Positions 19,001 through 26,981 of a DNA stretch of 53,143 bases are shown one piece after another. The stretch's first letter is position 1, and every line of letters starts with the position of its first letter. The DNA lies in the IMG/VR virus record IMGVR_UViG_3300031660_000005, positions 1 to 53,143 of that record; one strand, given 5' to 3'. Origin of the DNA: a virus. Taxonomy: Duplodnaviria > Caudoviricetes. The notes under the pieces are model-generated. The model saw only the letters and a list, made by a program, of their open reading frames with translations, was not told where the DNA came from and did no database searches. The translations under genes and the position numbers were made by a program.

Positions 19001-20506
19001 AACGGGTTGCCTTACCTCGCTAGCCACAACAAGAACACTAACTTTGGTGGTGGCTTTGGCTTTGCATCTATGGGCGCTATTAACAAAGCCATGTCTGATG
19101 TTGGCCTTAGAGGTATACTAGGTAACACCCTTGGTGGTGAGCGATCTGGTTTAAAATTTGACACGGCTGATTTCTATGACAGCGTAGCTGCTAGCAGCGG
19201 ACTACAAGAACAGCATAACCTAAACAAGTTTGAGGCTGAGTTCCTTGCCCGTGAGATTCGTCAAGGTGTTATGATACCTGCTCAAAGTAATGCCATGATG
19301 GGTTTATCCCGTGGCAACATGAGCAAAGCGTGGATGCAGAAATTTACTGATGCGTTCATGTACCCGTTCAACGCAACTGAACGCGGGGCGCGTAGAGGAT
19401 TTGGCCTAGCGTCATACCGCCTAGAGTTTGCACGTTTGAAAGGTGCGGGTAAGACTGACGCTGAGGCTAACACGGGTGCTACCAAGTTCTCTGTTGAAGC
19501 AATCAACAATACTATGGGTGAGTACTCAGTACTTAACAGGCCATCGGGTTTCCGTAGCGGCCTCATGTCTTTTGTTTATATGTACAAAGTGTACCCCGTT
19601 ACATCCATACAGATGTTCAGCAACCTGTCTCGTGCTGGTAAAGTAGGTATGCTTACCAGTTTGATATTACTCTCTGGTATGTCAGGCGTTCCTCTCGCAG
19701 AAGACTTAGAAGATTTGATCGACACTTTAGCCCAAGCTCTAGGGTTTAAGTCAGGTAGTATTAGATTTGAAGCGGCTAAGCTACTTGAAGACCTATACCC
19801 CGGATCGTCCAAGGCACTACTGGACGGTGTACTGGGCCAAATTATGCCCATAGATGTTGGTGGTCGTGTGTCGTTGGGTAATGTAATTCCCGGTACTGCA
19901 ATGTTCCTATCAGGGTCAGACAAATACAGAGAGATTAAAGATATATTCGGGCCATCGTACGGGTTCCTTGAGCAAGCAGGAGAGTTTGCGTTCTTAGCCG
20001 CCTCAGCCCCGTTCTCTTCTACTGTATCAGCCAGTGACGTACTGCGCAAAGCCCCTGCCACTACGGTCAGAAACGTCGGTGATGTTTTTGCATACCTAAA
20101 GAACGGTACAGTCGTAGACAAACGTGGATACACTGTTACTGAGGACATGAGCTTTCCACTAATACTAGGCAGACTAGCAGGGTTCTACCCCAAGGAAGCG
20201 GCAAATCAATACGGTGCAATCAAGTACGCTAAACGTGTTACTGACTACCAGCGTAATGTGACCACTGAGTTCAAACGTGCGTGGCTTAAAGGTAGCAGGA
20301 ACCAGAGAAGAGCAATCGAATTAGCAGTTAGGGATTGGAACAAGACTGCTAGAGGTACACCCATGGAGATCAGAAACTTCCGCAAGAACGTACGTACAGC
20401 AGAGAAAGAAGCACGTAAGACTGCTACCCAACGTACCCTTAGAAGTTCTCCTCTTGCCTCGCGTAAAGACCTGACTAAGTTCTTCGACGCCATGGTAGCC
20501 GACTAG
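13052..20506 (+). CDS. Large (2484 aa) internal virion/ejection protein with zincin-like metallopeptidase motif
   Basis: Gly/Ala-rich hydrophobic N-region, P/E/K-rich linker, AHEVLGHYGL and downstream EAVEEYIA, helical C-terminal region with hydrophobic stretches. Confidence 0.8.
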   Translation: MVNRTLAQGLGINKAMGIGLSPRPTDPYSTTASTGLGNLAPSLADQAFGAGGAGSPNLGTPSSLMADTQARTQQLMGDFDYAAPKLKESPRPRIAFDPTAGKMSVNGFEFDADDYADAVRSKGYLDGPSQEPKTAGVWQNISQAQYTDYLDRIENPTLGTRFKRSFEIGTQGLKTLGGAGLQFAGAEELGSGIVNRAAVRQEELSPFQARAADVASGEISAIEYAVSMIGQQGPNIIETIGVGLAGFATGTVASANPLGGALAGVGAMFTKAGFKKLAKEAAEQYAKGGAKSLSASQRKALAQLGGAGAATAMNNYAIGTADVYNEQRERGAEPDDASARAMAAALGIPYAILSTIPEAIGAGKLFGLGVGGGLAKRLAKGVAVGGVLEGATEAGQELLAMGAGSQYEKYSDDEVLSRVIESAVAGFTVGGTIGGVVNLRRGQTADVLTGNSTQQEVEPEVEQLALPAPDTTPLAIEDKTVPNTQGPLLPITEPPRQLLSPEQSGPAALPDPRNVRQPKPELSVPPAVAITPVGVPPVVQTPIIPSGLTPDMAAGFQQAAAQDPANIVTDGFSQSAPNIQTRIAEPTRQPEPITQQQILAGANQLANSRTALLPTIDPPVDTVEQPLVNVSALPPGPPVTTAMAEGLNPLLQAMRQSQEDQRQAVVIRTQKDADFDAAEQQVSDAAFDATLTVDEYVDATTQWDTFNDSRKKLSSPVTLDSRKMNAQREWVQAVRDNTADKALFDKLRKTKAQPNGQREPLIRNPNEPDGTPTPTPTSGKKKLSVKKTAKETVKKPKPLLKKKEPPAKKPKAQVKPEPEVEPEVEPKVEVEPVAETETEVEVAVQEDLTAGRDAYAAYRDGLKEPTSVATFDNLPLSDQQNINTKAIKGTVKDSDLATIALNSPVGVALEPEETTFRDSSISDMIDAVETETGAKYKQNLYALTRAAYFAPTQGKGIQRRDEARKYLEDFVWDQDSRVILLTVAQEVETINVMDSKGVNPAFILIRAQGLIPSLKDTGVEFDTATKGKKLATPANIKEALEGIASNANTSIMEFVDKIKEKPTGQNRASGRFSLDGAVDDNGNPIRTMANGRVRMLARQFISKLESKPKLFVYRSQADLKARNPKLYKEAAAARTEGDFENTSAVGYAFNGDTVLIFSENIANAQHLNFVMAHEVLGHYGLRSIVPKAQFDSLMESIYDTDTQVQSAVDSNMEVYGQSKAEAVEEYIADYAAVVDTSVMARVVKAIKKFLNKLGVKFGDEDVRYLVDQSRKYVRKSATGNGKLVIMQEVAQQYRDVTTNTGTTSTGRFAPATDMRTANIIQARVMGQGNPITNWEDIWSNVTDKGRLKDIKDGLDRFSSKYLSLSNYRARKNAGLKEAHNLFMRHGEIASEVRIKANDVMRMALDRTVLGYGSITEKQTTKVNEMLYDGQRKGIDLSEGKGLGKMALFRVGQGGQLEVQETELKALVAMGTRSFEELRDGYTYEDKYVDKNNEAQTQTEVVKGIAGLTETSIEYVAYKQVREAMVSTELSLLKAKYKAYLQEKANSAANMGDLLKDGETLTTKDKSVIRGLIDYMGVLYTENTVVDAKGMRTPDSDAMQNAEDFVQDVNKYLIGATKDKGVKVQSYYKDGKGVAITEQLDSIRGRMVFEAGNKYLLQEEIRRVMLSDYLNRESDVYTKRSIATGYIPILREGRYQIRVQAMMNGKPVQLLDSHQELLVYKQVQKASEAERLAKLFNTDMGNETTFKAMVKDPNTGEFTTQSVTLEAVSESVLDSVSGPPQLNLNDFVRGIQFFNINLPPEKMARVVTGLTKQNASARQRLERSFTPGGDLDGILAASQHIDRRASSIAKTELAPVLTNLMNLNLKSSRAKWYMNDPETKARLKRFEDSASDPRLSQEQRADAQREYSELKSMVDNTQRGGTNYGNEYHAEAAKGVDFLNSNRDVSMSDFEATKLASGVRSYASLFQLGGSIATGTLNFIGVYVNGLPYLASHNKNTNFGGGFGFASMGAINKAMSDVGLRGILGNTLGGERSGLKFDTADFYDSVAASSGLQEQHNLNKFEAEFLAREIRQGVMIPAQSNAMMGLSRGNMSKAWMQKFTDAFMYPFNATERGARRGFGLASYRLEFARLKGAGKTDAEANTGATKFSVEAINNTMGEYSVLNRPSGFRSGLMSFVYMYKVYPVTSIQMFSNLSRAGKVGMLTSLILLSGMSGVPLAEDLEDLIDTLAQALGFKSGSIRFEAAKLLEDLYPGSSKALLDGVLGQIMPIDVGGRVSLGNVIPGTAMFLSGSDKYREIKDIFGPSYGFLEQAGEFAFLAASAPFSSTVSASDVLRKAPATTVRNVGDVFAYLKNGTVVDKRGYTVTEDMSFPLILGRLAGFYPKEAANQYGAIKYAKRVTDYQRNVTTEFKRAWLKGSRNQRRAIELAVRDWNKTARGTPMEIRNFRKNVRTAEKEARKTATQRTLRSSPLASRKDLTKFFDAMVAD
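15500..15546 (+). repeat. 12 bp tandem repeat encoding EPEV
   Basis: GAGCCTGAGGTT about three times, degenerate. Confidence 0.8.
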
Positions 20507-23337
20507 CCTACAGGTTGTATCTGTCCTAACACCAAGTCCTCATAGGCCACATCAGCTTCGTCTAGTAACCCGACCATCCTAGGATGTCCTAGGTTCACAC
20601 CTATAACGTACGTCTGAGGTAGTTTTATGGGTGTATTCTTACCTAGAGATGCCTTGTGTGATCTAGGCGTAGCATCAGCTAACTCTTGTATCAGCGTATC
20701 TGTAACACCTTTGTAGTCACCGCCTCTAAGTGAGAGCCACTTTCTAAAGTTTATACGGTCTAGCATTAGTGTGCCGCTATCGAACGGGTCTGTAGGAGCC
20801 TTCCTATGCACATCCACTCTGGCCCTAATACCATTGCGCGGCATCCGCTCGTAGTCAACCATAGGAGATTGCTTGCCTGTGTGCATGACCCTAACAGTAT
20901 CACCTGCAAACTCGTTGAGGTACTCTGATATAAGGTCAAAGGCGTCTATCTGATTTTCTGTTACCGTCTTACGTATCGAACCTATCTGGTCTAGCACCCA
21001 CTGTACACACGGGGCTGAGTCAAACTCTATGAGACCCCATTTCTTAGCGAGAGACATAGCTAGGTCGGCTAGTATAATAACCTGTTCCCAGTACCGTTCC
21101 TCACCTGTAAACTTAACACCATACGTTGTGGGGAATTTGTCCGTGGCCTCTGCGATCATAGCGCGTATACCCTCTGGCCCAATCTCCATTAGCTTTTGTA
21201 GGTACAAGTCGCCAGCAGTACCGTAGTTGTTAGACATAATATCAAATAGCTTTTTGCCTATGTTGGAACTGTCTGTAAATAACTTGCTAGGAGTTACTGT
21301 TAGCTCAAGAAGACGGGCCATCTGTGCGTCTGTGTCTAGCCCTGATGCTATCATCTTAGAACTTAGCGGCCTGTTGGTTGATACTATGCAGAACGTAGCC
21401 CACGTTTTAGCTTCTCTCTCTTCAGCGTTTCTGTTTAGCCTAGCCTTGTCCCTGCCTTGGCTTACCCAGTACAGGAAGTCCCCTACGTCCTTGTCAGACA
21501 TCATAGTAACTTCGTCTATAGTTATAGGTAAGTTAGCGTACAGACCGAACCTACTAAACAAAGTGTTCTGTGTGTACTTGGCTTGGAAGTGTAGCTTATC
21601 TGGGTTACCCCATACTGACTGTGCCATTAGCTGAGCTAAAGACTTACCACCACCTGTCTTACCGAACAGAGATACTGTCATACCTTTTAGTCCAGTGAAC
21701 TCAAGAAGAGGGGCCGCTAGGCTTATGCCTATAGAAAACATATGGGCGTCGAGACCAGCCCGTTTTATTAGCCCCGTCATAGCCTTCCACTTGTCTGCGT
21801 CACCAGCTACACCAAACATATCACTGCCTGTACGGGCCGATGCGGATGCTAGCTTGATGGACTCTTTCTCCACTGTCCTATCTGGCTTAGTCCTGTAAAG
21901 CATATCGCCAAGGACAAACATCTTGTGGTCTTCCTTCCAACCCATAGAAGCGTAGAGGTTAGTCATAGTTTTAGCCTTACGCAATTCATTCATGTATGAT
22001 CGTAACATATACTGAAAGTACTCCGTCTGTTTCTTGGTTGTTAACACAATACCTTGGTCAGCTATAACGCCAACGAAATATTGGTAAGTGCCATCAGCTA
22101 AATACGCTTGGCGTAGTATTAAATCCTGCCAGCCAACATGGGGTCTGTTCCACTTAAACCTACACACCTCATAGTTCAGTGTCTCGTCACGCCCATAGCT
22201 CACTGGGTATATATCAAAGTCGCACACGTCTATGTCGGTATCGTCTAAGGTTACCTTGATGCCACTATGTGTTCTTTTGAATGGCTTAGGTATAGCGATT
22301 TCAGTAGCCACTTCAGGTGGCGCGTTCTCAGAAGTATCTACCTCCTCGAACTGTGCGCCTAGCCTAGTAGGGCTACCGATCTTACCTACAAACGGGCATC
22401 CCTTGCACCCTCCCGGACGTTCACTGTCAAACTTAGTACAAGTCGTTGGCCCATCTACCGCCTGTTTCCAGTTGCGTAGCTTCCTCAGCGTAGCACCCTC
22501 GTCATAGTTAGGATGCTCTTGGCTCCATGCCCTAGCAGTATCCTCTGGGTCTACGCAGTAAGCGGCTATACCTATAAGGTTGTACCACATAGGCTCTGAC
22601 ACCTGACCTTGGTTGTCCACGGCCCAGTCAATCTGTTGGCACTTAGTCTTAACCACGCTAGCTACAGACGGGGGGTACTCCCGCTCTACCGCCATGTTAG
22701 CCAGTAAGGTACTGCCGCCCACCATCTTAGGTGTTGTGATGTAACCCTTCAAGCATTTGGTTATGCTCTCAAGTTCCACAGGCTGTCTGTCTACAAGTAG
22801 CTTAGCCATCTTGCCGCCCTTGGGGTTGTGCGTTCCTATCGCACGTAACACCCTTGCGCTGTCGCTTGGCACAGCCATGTCTTGTTTGAACCCTTGGTCT
22901 TGAGCGCACTGCTTCATAGCATTGGCAATAGGTTGCCACTCGGTTGGCTCTAGTTCCCTAGTCAGTACCCAGTATACGTGCAACCCGTTGCCTGATGATA
23001 CTACCATGGGGTCAGGTAGTCCTGTATCTTTTACAAACTTAACTAGAGCGAGTAGCCCCTCACGCTGGGATGGATAGTCTTTCCCCTCACCGCAATCTAT
23101 ATCCATGTACAAAGACTTAGTTGCCCGTACGTTAGATTGCTTTCTGCTTTGCTTTGTTTGAAACGCTGATGTCGCGTAGTAAACATTCCGCTTACGTTTG
23201 TCTAAACTTGTAAGCGCCTGTTCGAGTTCTCCAACGGTGTTATAAAAGGCTTGGCTTAGGGATTCCCCTTCTACAACTATTGTGCAGTATATGCCCTCCG
23301 ATGGTAGAACCCGTTGAAGAAAACCCAACGTGTCCAT
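20503..23337 (-). CDS. Primase-helicase (AEP/RepB-like primase, PriCT-like, Zn finger, DUF927 helicase)
   Basis: MDID and SSGNGLHVYW primase motifs, C-x10-CKGC cluster, Walker A GKTGGGKS, ITIDE Walker B. Start moved to ATG 23337 (MDTLGFL). Confidence 0.85.
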   Translation of the reverse strand: MDTLGFLQRVLPSEGIYCTIVVEGESLSQAFYNTVGELEQALTSLDKRKRNVYYATSAFQTKQSRKQSNVRATKSLYMDIDCGEGKDYPSQREGLLALVKFVKDTGLPDPMVVSSGNGLHVYWVLTRELEPTEWQPIANAMKQCAQDQGFKQDMAVPSDSARVLRAIGTHNPKGGKMAKLLVDRQPVELESITKCLKGYITTPKMVGGSTLLANMAVEREYPPSVASVVKTKCQQIDWAVDNQGQVSEPMWYNLIGIAAYCVDPEDTARAWSQEHPNYDEGATLRKLRNWKQAVDGPTTCTKFDSERPGGCKGCPFVGKIGSPTRLGAQFEEVDTSENAPPEVATEIAIPKPFKRTHSGIKVTLDDTDIDVCDFDIYPVSYGRDETLNYEVCRFKWNRPHVGWQDLILRQAYLADGTYQYFVGVIADQGIVLTTKKQTEYFQYMLRSYMNELRKAKTMTNLYASMGWKEDHKMFVLGDMLYRTKPDRTVEKESIKLASASARTGSDMFGVAGDADKWKAMTGLIKRAGLDAHMFSIGISLAAPLLEFTGLKGMTVSLFGKTGGGKSLAQLMAQSVWGNPDKLHFQAKYTQNTLFSRFGLYANLPITIDEVTMMSDKDVGDFLYWVSQGRDKARLNRNAEEREAKTWATFCIVSTNRPLSSKMIASGLDTDAQMARLLELTVTPSKLFTDSSNIGKKLFDIMSNNYGTAGDLYLQKLMEIGPEGIRAMIAEATDKFPTTYGVKFTGEERYWEQVIILADLAMSLAKKWGLIEFDSAPCVQWVLDQIGSIRKTVTENQIDAFDLISEYLNEFAGDTVRVMHTGKQSPMVDYERMPRNGIRARVDVHRKAPTDPFDSGTLMLDRINFRKWLSLRGGDYKGVTDTLIQELADATPRSHKASLGKNTPIKLPQTYVIGVNLGHPRMVGLLDEADVAYEDLVLGQIQPVG

Positions 23338-23358
23338 GTGTGTTACCGCCCTATTTAT

Positions 23359-23376
23359 GGGGGGCCTTCGCCCCCC
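23359..23376 (-). promoter_or_regulatory. GC-rich hairpin upstream of the primase RBS
   Basis: GGGGGGC-GAAG-GCCCCCC in the intergenic gap; no U-tract on the coding strand. Confidence 0.6.
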
Positions 23377-23389
23377 GTGTTGTTTTACA

Positions 23390-23674
23390 CTACTCTTGGC
23401 CTTCCAAAACCTCAAGTAAAGTTTGATACCTGACCCCTGCGGTCATACTTTTTACACCCTCAACAGGCCAGTGACCGTCTTTTATAAGGGCTATTAGTAA
23501 ACGCAGAGTTCTCTTAGCTTTCCTCTCATTGTTCTCACGAATAGGTTTTCCCTTTACCCACCCGTAGTAAGTCATCCGTGACACGCCCATTATCTCTGAC
23601 ATATGGCCAACCGTAAGAAGCATATGCTCCCGTAGCGACTCAACTTTTTCAAAGTCTAGCGGAACCCTAGTCAT
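23390..23674 (-). CDS. XRE-like helix-turn-helix protein
   Basis: LREHMLLTVGHMSEIMGVSRMTYYGWVKG pattern. Confidence 0.8.
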   Translation of the reverse strand: MTRVPLDFEKVESLREHMLLTVGHMSEIMGVSRMTYYGWVKGKPIRENNERKAKRTLRLLIALIKDGHWPVEGVKSMTAGVRYQTLLEVLEGQE

Positions 23675-24707
23675 CAGAGCCTAACTCGGCCATCAAAGAA
23701 TCAATCTCACTTGCAAGATCACCTACCTCAGTATCAATTACCTTCGCGGCTTTAGGTTCTTCTATAGGCGCAGGAGCCACAGGCTGTACTAACTCTGGTA
23801 TAGGCGCAGGAGCCACAGGTGCAGGAGCCACAGGTGCAGGAGCCACAGGTGCAGGAGCCACAGGTGCAGGAGCCACGACTTGTGTACCAGAACCGAACCC
23901 TCGTATAGTAGGCTCTTCTATCACTGGATCAGGATCAGCCCTAACCATAACAGGTTTAGGGTTCTCTGTCGTTAGTGCAGGTATAGCCGCAGGTTGTTTC
24001 TCTCCCGTAATTTCTTGTACCTCATCAGAACCGAATACATTTTCCAGTGCTGTCTGCGTAGCTTCTTCTATAAACCCACCGAACCCAAACTTTAATTTGG
24101 GGAACGACGCATCTGTGTCAAAAGATACAATGGTCTTAACAATCTCTGGTGGTATGCCGCGTGTAGAGAGTTCTTTCTGGTAAGCGTTAAGCCCTTTGAG
24201 CGCCGCCGGAGTGACCTGTAATAAGTATACAGGCCCAGTAGGATCGTCAGCGGCTACAACTGCTAACCGTTTTTGATCCGCACAGGCTTTAAGTTGCTGG
24301 CCATTGTTGCCAATCTTAGAACCCCAAGCGTTCCACTGGCAGGAAGCGCAGTTACTGTTCTGAACATCAACGCTATCGGGGTGTGGGCTTGCGCCATTCA
24401 ATGAGTAACAATCTGGAGCCGTAGCTTCAGCATCTTTATCCCATGCCTTAGCGTAGAAAGTCTTGGATAGCTTAGGATTAGCACCCACAATAACTATTGG
24501 TAACTTCACCGCATCAAGCACGGTTTCTGTACCGCCGTCTACAATACGAAAGCGGCTACCCTTGATAGAGATTTTAGCAAACCCCGTTACTGCCTCTTCC
24601 TTGCTTGCTATGCCGCCCATTAGCGACTGTGCTAGCGTGGACGGTGCGCCCATTTTACCCGCAAGGTGTTGCGGTATCTGAATATTTGTTGGTACTATAT
24701 CGTTCAT
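23667..24707 (-). CDS. Putative ssDNA-binding / annealing protein with Pro-Ala-rich tail
   Basis: PDCYS, CASCQWNAWGS, KAC..KRLAVV motifs, acidic C-terminus, located between helicase and primase. Confidence 0.65.
   Translation of the reverse strand: MNDIVPTNIQIPQHLAGKMGAPSTLAQSLMGGIASKEEAVTGFAKISIKGSRFRIVDGGTETVLDAVKLPIVIVGANPKLSKTFYAKAWDKDAEATAPDCYSLNGASPHPDSVDVQNSNCASCQWNAWGSKIGNNGQQLKACADQKRLAVVAADDPTGPVYLLQVTPAALKGLNAYQKELSTRGIPPEIVKTIVSFDTDASFPKLKFGFGGFIEEATQTALENVFGSDEVQEITGEKQPAAIPALTTENPKPVMVRADPDPVIEEPTIRGFGSGTQVVAPAPVAPAPVAPAPVAPAPVAPAPIPELVQPVAPAPIEEPKAAKVIDTEVGDLASEIDSLMAELGSDD
23806..23876 (-). repeat. 15 bp perfect tandem repeat (VAPAP)
   Basis: GCAGGAGCCACAGGT x4 plus an 11 bp partial copy; a further copy near 23769. 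Confidence 0.95.
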
Positions 24708-24708
24708 G

Positions 24709-25107
24709 TTACTCTCCTTTGAGTGCTGGTTTACGAATGTTTATATCTAGCTTAGTGCCATAGTTGACACCAGCAGGTACGGATTTATTTGCCTCAATGT
24801 ATCCACGTACAGCCATCTTGCTGACACGTTTCTCTAACATATCATACGCTTCGTTCTCACGTATGAAACTAAGTACAGCATCCCAATCTCCTACCGCCGC
24901 GAAGTCCGTGGTTGTTAGGAAAGCAGTACCGCTGTCTGTCTTAAAAGATGTGACACCATCTTCATCAGCCTTTTGTTTAAGCCATGCTTCTAGCTTAACC
25001 ATCTGTTCTTTAAGGCCCTTCATGTTAGCCTTAGCATCGGCCTCTATGGCCTCTTTCTTGAGCCTAAGTTTCATGTAAGCCCCTATTACTTGGTCTACTG
25101 TAGCCAT
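24709..25107 (-). CDS. Hypothetical replication-module protein
   Basis: 132 aa, N-terminal coiled coil, DWDAVLSFI..LEKRVS; GGAG RBS. Confidence 0.8.
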   Translation of the reverse strand: MATVDQVIGAYMKLRLKKEAIEADAKANMKGLKEQMVKLEAWLKQKADEDGVTSFKTDSGTAFLTTTDFAAVGDWDAVLSFIRENEAYDMLEKRVSKMAVRGYIEANKSVPAGVNYGTKLDINIRKPALKGE

Positions 25108-25110
25108 GTG

Positions 25111-26661
25111 TTACTCCATTTCCATTTGAATTAAATCCAGTAGCAGTCCCTGTAATTTCTGCTTGTTAGCAAGACGTTCGTACATAATATGTTCTATCTG
25201 CGTAGCTTCTATATGTACCACGTTGGACGTATGCTTCTTCCCGATCCGCTCAATCCTCCCATTGGCTTGAACGTACTGCTCGTTACTGGTCACTGGCCCA
25301 TACCAAACAACTGTTGATGCTGAGGTAAGTGTTAGGCCATGTGCCATAGTTGCAGGGTGCGCAATCAAAACCCTTGGGTCTTTTGCCTCTTGAAAGTTTT
25401 GAAAGATCACGTTGCGTTTAGCCGATGAGACCTGACCGTTTACTACAGCCACTGACCAGTGCTTACTTAGCTCACGCTGTAGCATATGCAGTGTACCTGT
25501 TAGTGGTACAAAGACTATGACCTTCTGCCCTGCCTCTTGTATAACTTCTTTTACAGCGTTCACTCTAGGCTGGCAGTCCAGTTCTACGTTCTGCCCGTCG
25601 TCGCTATAGGCAACACCACAGGCTATCTGAACAAGTTTCTGTAACTTAACCGCCTCGTTCACCGCAGTGATAGTACCTTCTACTGCCGCCTCAGTAACTA
25701 GGTGACGCATCATAGTCTTATAATGCTGTGCCTGTTCTGGTGTTAGTGACACTGCCCTAGTCTGTCTAACAGTGTCAGGTAGGTCAAAGCACTCGTCCCT
25801 AGTGTACCTAACAGCAGGTTGTAGGGTGTGCTTAACGATCTCCATGCTCTCTTGGCGAGGTACATATTTGTACTGGCCTATCTTCATCATCACCTGTTCT
25901 CTAAAGCCAGTGAAAGTTTTACTGACGTTAGCGTTACCGACGAGCGTAGCCAAAGCCCAAGCATCTGTCGGGTCGTTAGGTGTGGGTGTACCTGTCATAA
26001 GCCATAAGCGTATGTCCTCATGGGACTTCAGCCACTTGCGGAATATCTTAAACCTTGACGTCGATGGGTTACGTAACACTGCCGCCTCATCAATGATAAC
26101 AAGGTCGAACATACCCATGATCTCATCACGTATAATATTAAAACCATCGTGGTTAATGATGTAGAAGTCAGCCTCGGTTTTGAGTAGCCGCTTCCGTCTA
26201 GCCGCTGTCCCGTGTAGCACAACGTGTTTACGGTGTATAAGCCCCGTGAATATACCGTCCCCCCAGACACGTTCCAACGTAGACAGAGGGGAGAGGATCA
26301 GTACTTTCTTTATAGCACCTACTGAGATTAGATAGTCAGCCGCCCACAGTGCGCTCTGTGTCTTACCAGTACCTATCTCGTTAAGCACCAAAGCCCTTGT
26401 GTTCATGGTAAGAAACGCAGAAGTCATACGTTGGTGGTCATACGGCGTGAACTGCCCTACCCAATCGTAGTAGTGTAGTATAGGTGAAGGGGCTTTGATG
26501 CCAAGCTCTCGTAGCTTACCCACTTCTTTGACCCTATGGGGTGCTACAACGTAGTCTGTACCGCCCTTATGCCACAGCTTAGCCGTTGGTATCGTAGCCA
26601 ACACCCGTTCTGGGTTGTTAAGTTTTAAGGCTAACGCCTTTGATTTCTCTATTACAAGCAC
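25111..26661 (-). CDS. SNF2-like superfamily 2 helicase
   Basis: EIGTGKT, IIDEA, MTGTP, HGLTL and QANGRIER motifs. Confidence 0.92.
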   Translation of the reverse strand: MLVIEKSKALALKLNNPERVLATIPTAKLWHKGGTDYVVAPHRVKEVGKLRELGIKAPSPILHYYDWVGQFTPYDHQRMTSAFLTMNTRALVLNEIGTGKTQSALWAADYLISVGAIKKVLILSPLSTLERVWGDGIFTGLIHRKHVVLHGTAARRKRLLKTEADFYIINHDGFNIIRDEIMGMFDLVIIDEAAVLRNPSTSRFKIFRKWLKSHEDIRLWLMTGTPTPNDPTDAWALATLVGNANVSKTFTGFREQVMMKIGQYKYVPRQESMEIVKHTLQPAVRYTRDECFDLPDTVRQTRAVSLTPEQAQHYKTMMRHLVTEAAVEGTITAVNEAVKLQKLVQIACGVAYSDDGQNVELDCQPRVNAVKEVIQEAGQKVIVFVPLTGTLHMLQRELSKHWSVAVVNGQVSSAKRNVIFQNFQEAKDPRVLIAHPATMAHGLTLTSASTVVWYGPVTSNEQYVQANGRIERIGKKHTSNVVHIEATQIEHIMYERLANKQKLQGLLLDLIQMEME

Positions 26662-26947
26662 GAATGAACTCCCTCACCGTCTCTATTGTGTCACTATCAT
26701 AGGCAAGAAAACACTTACCCCCTGCCTTTTCGATCTGCTCCATCGCCCGTGTCTGTAGTGCAGTAGGTTTCTTTGTCCCATCTGCCTTACACTCAACACC
26801 AATGATTAAACCCTTAACTACTGCGATCCTATCTGGAATACCCGCCGCCCCGAATGGTCCTGCTTGTGGGCTGTAGTACCAAGTACCTTCTTCCTTAAAC
26901 ATCTTGTCAAGAGCTTTCTTAATTCTACCCTCTGGTGTAGTAGCCAT
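26618..26947 (-). CDS. VRR-NUC domain nuclease (putative resolvase)
   Basis: PEG, GIPDR, VECKA and PTALQ motifs. Confidence 0.88.
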   Translation of the reverse strand: MATTPEGRIKKALDKMFKEEGTWYYSPQAGPFGAAGIPDRIAVVKGLIIGVECKADGTKKPTALQTRAMEQIEKAGGKCFLAYDSDTIETVREFIRACNREIKGVSLKT

Positions 26948-26960
26948 AGCTAATCCTATC

Positions 26961-26978
26961 TGTAAAGTATGTCAAGTT
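26961..26978. promoter_or_regulatory. Operator-like 18-mer TGTAAAGTATGTCAAGTT
   Basis: Intergenic; identical to 30785-30802 and a 16/18 match to 37918-37935. Confidence 0.6.
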
Positions 26979-26981
26979 TAA

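Noticed and set aside
23338-23415. N-terminal extension of the primase ORF
   Set aside because: It overlaps the HTH gene and a hairpin; ATG 23337 is the better start.
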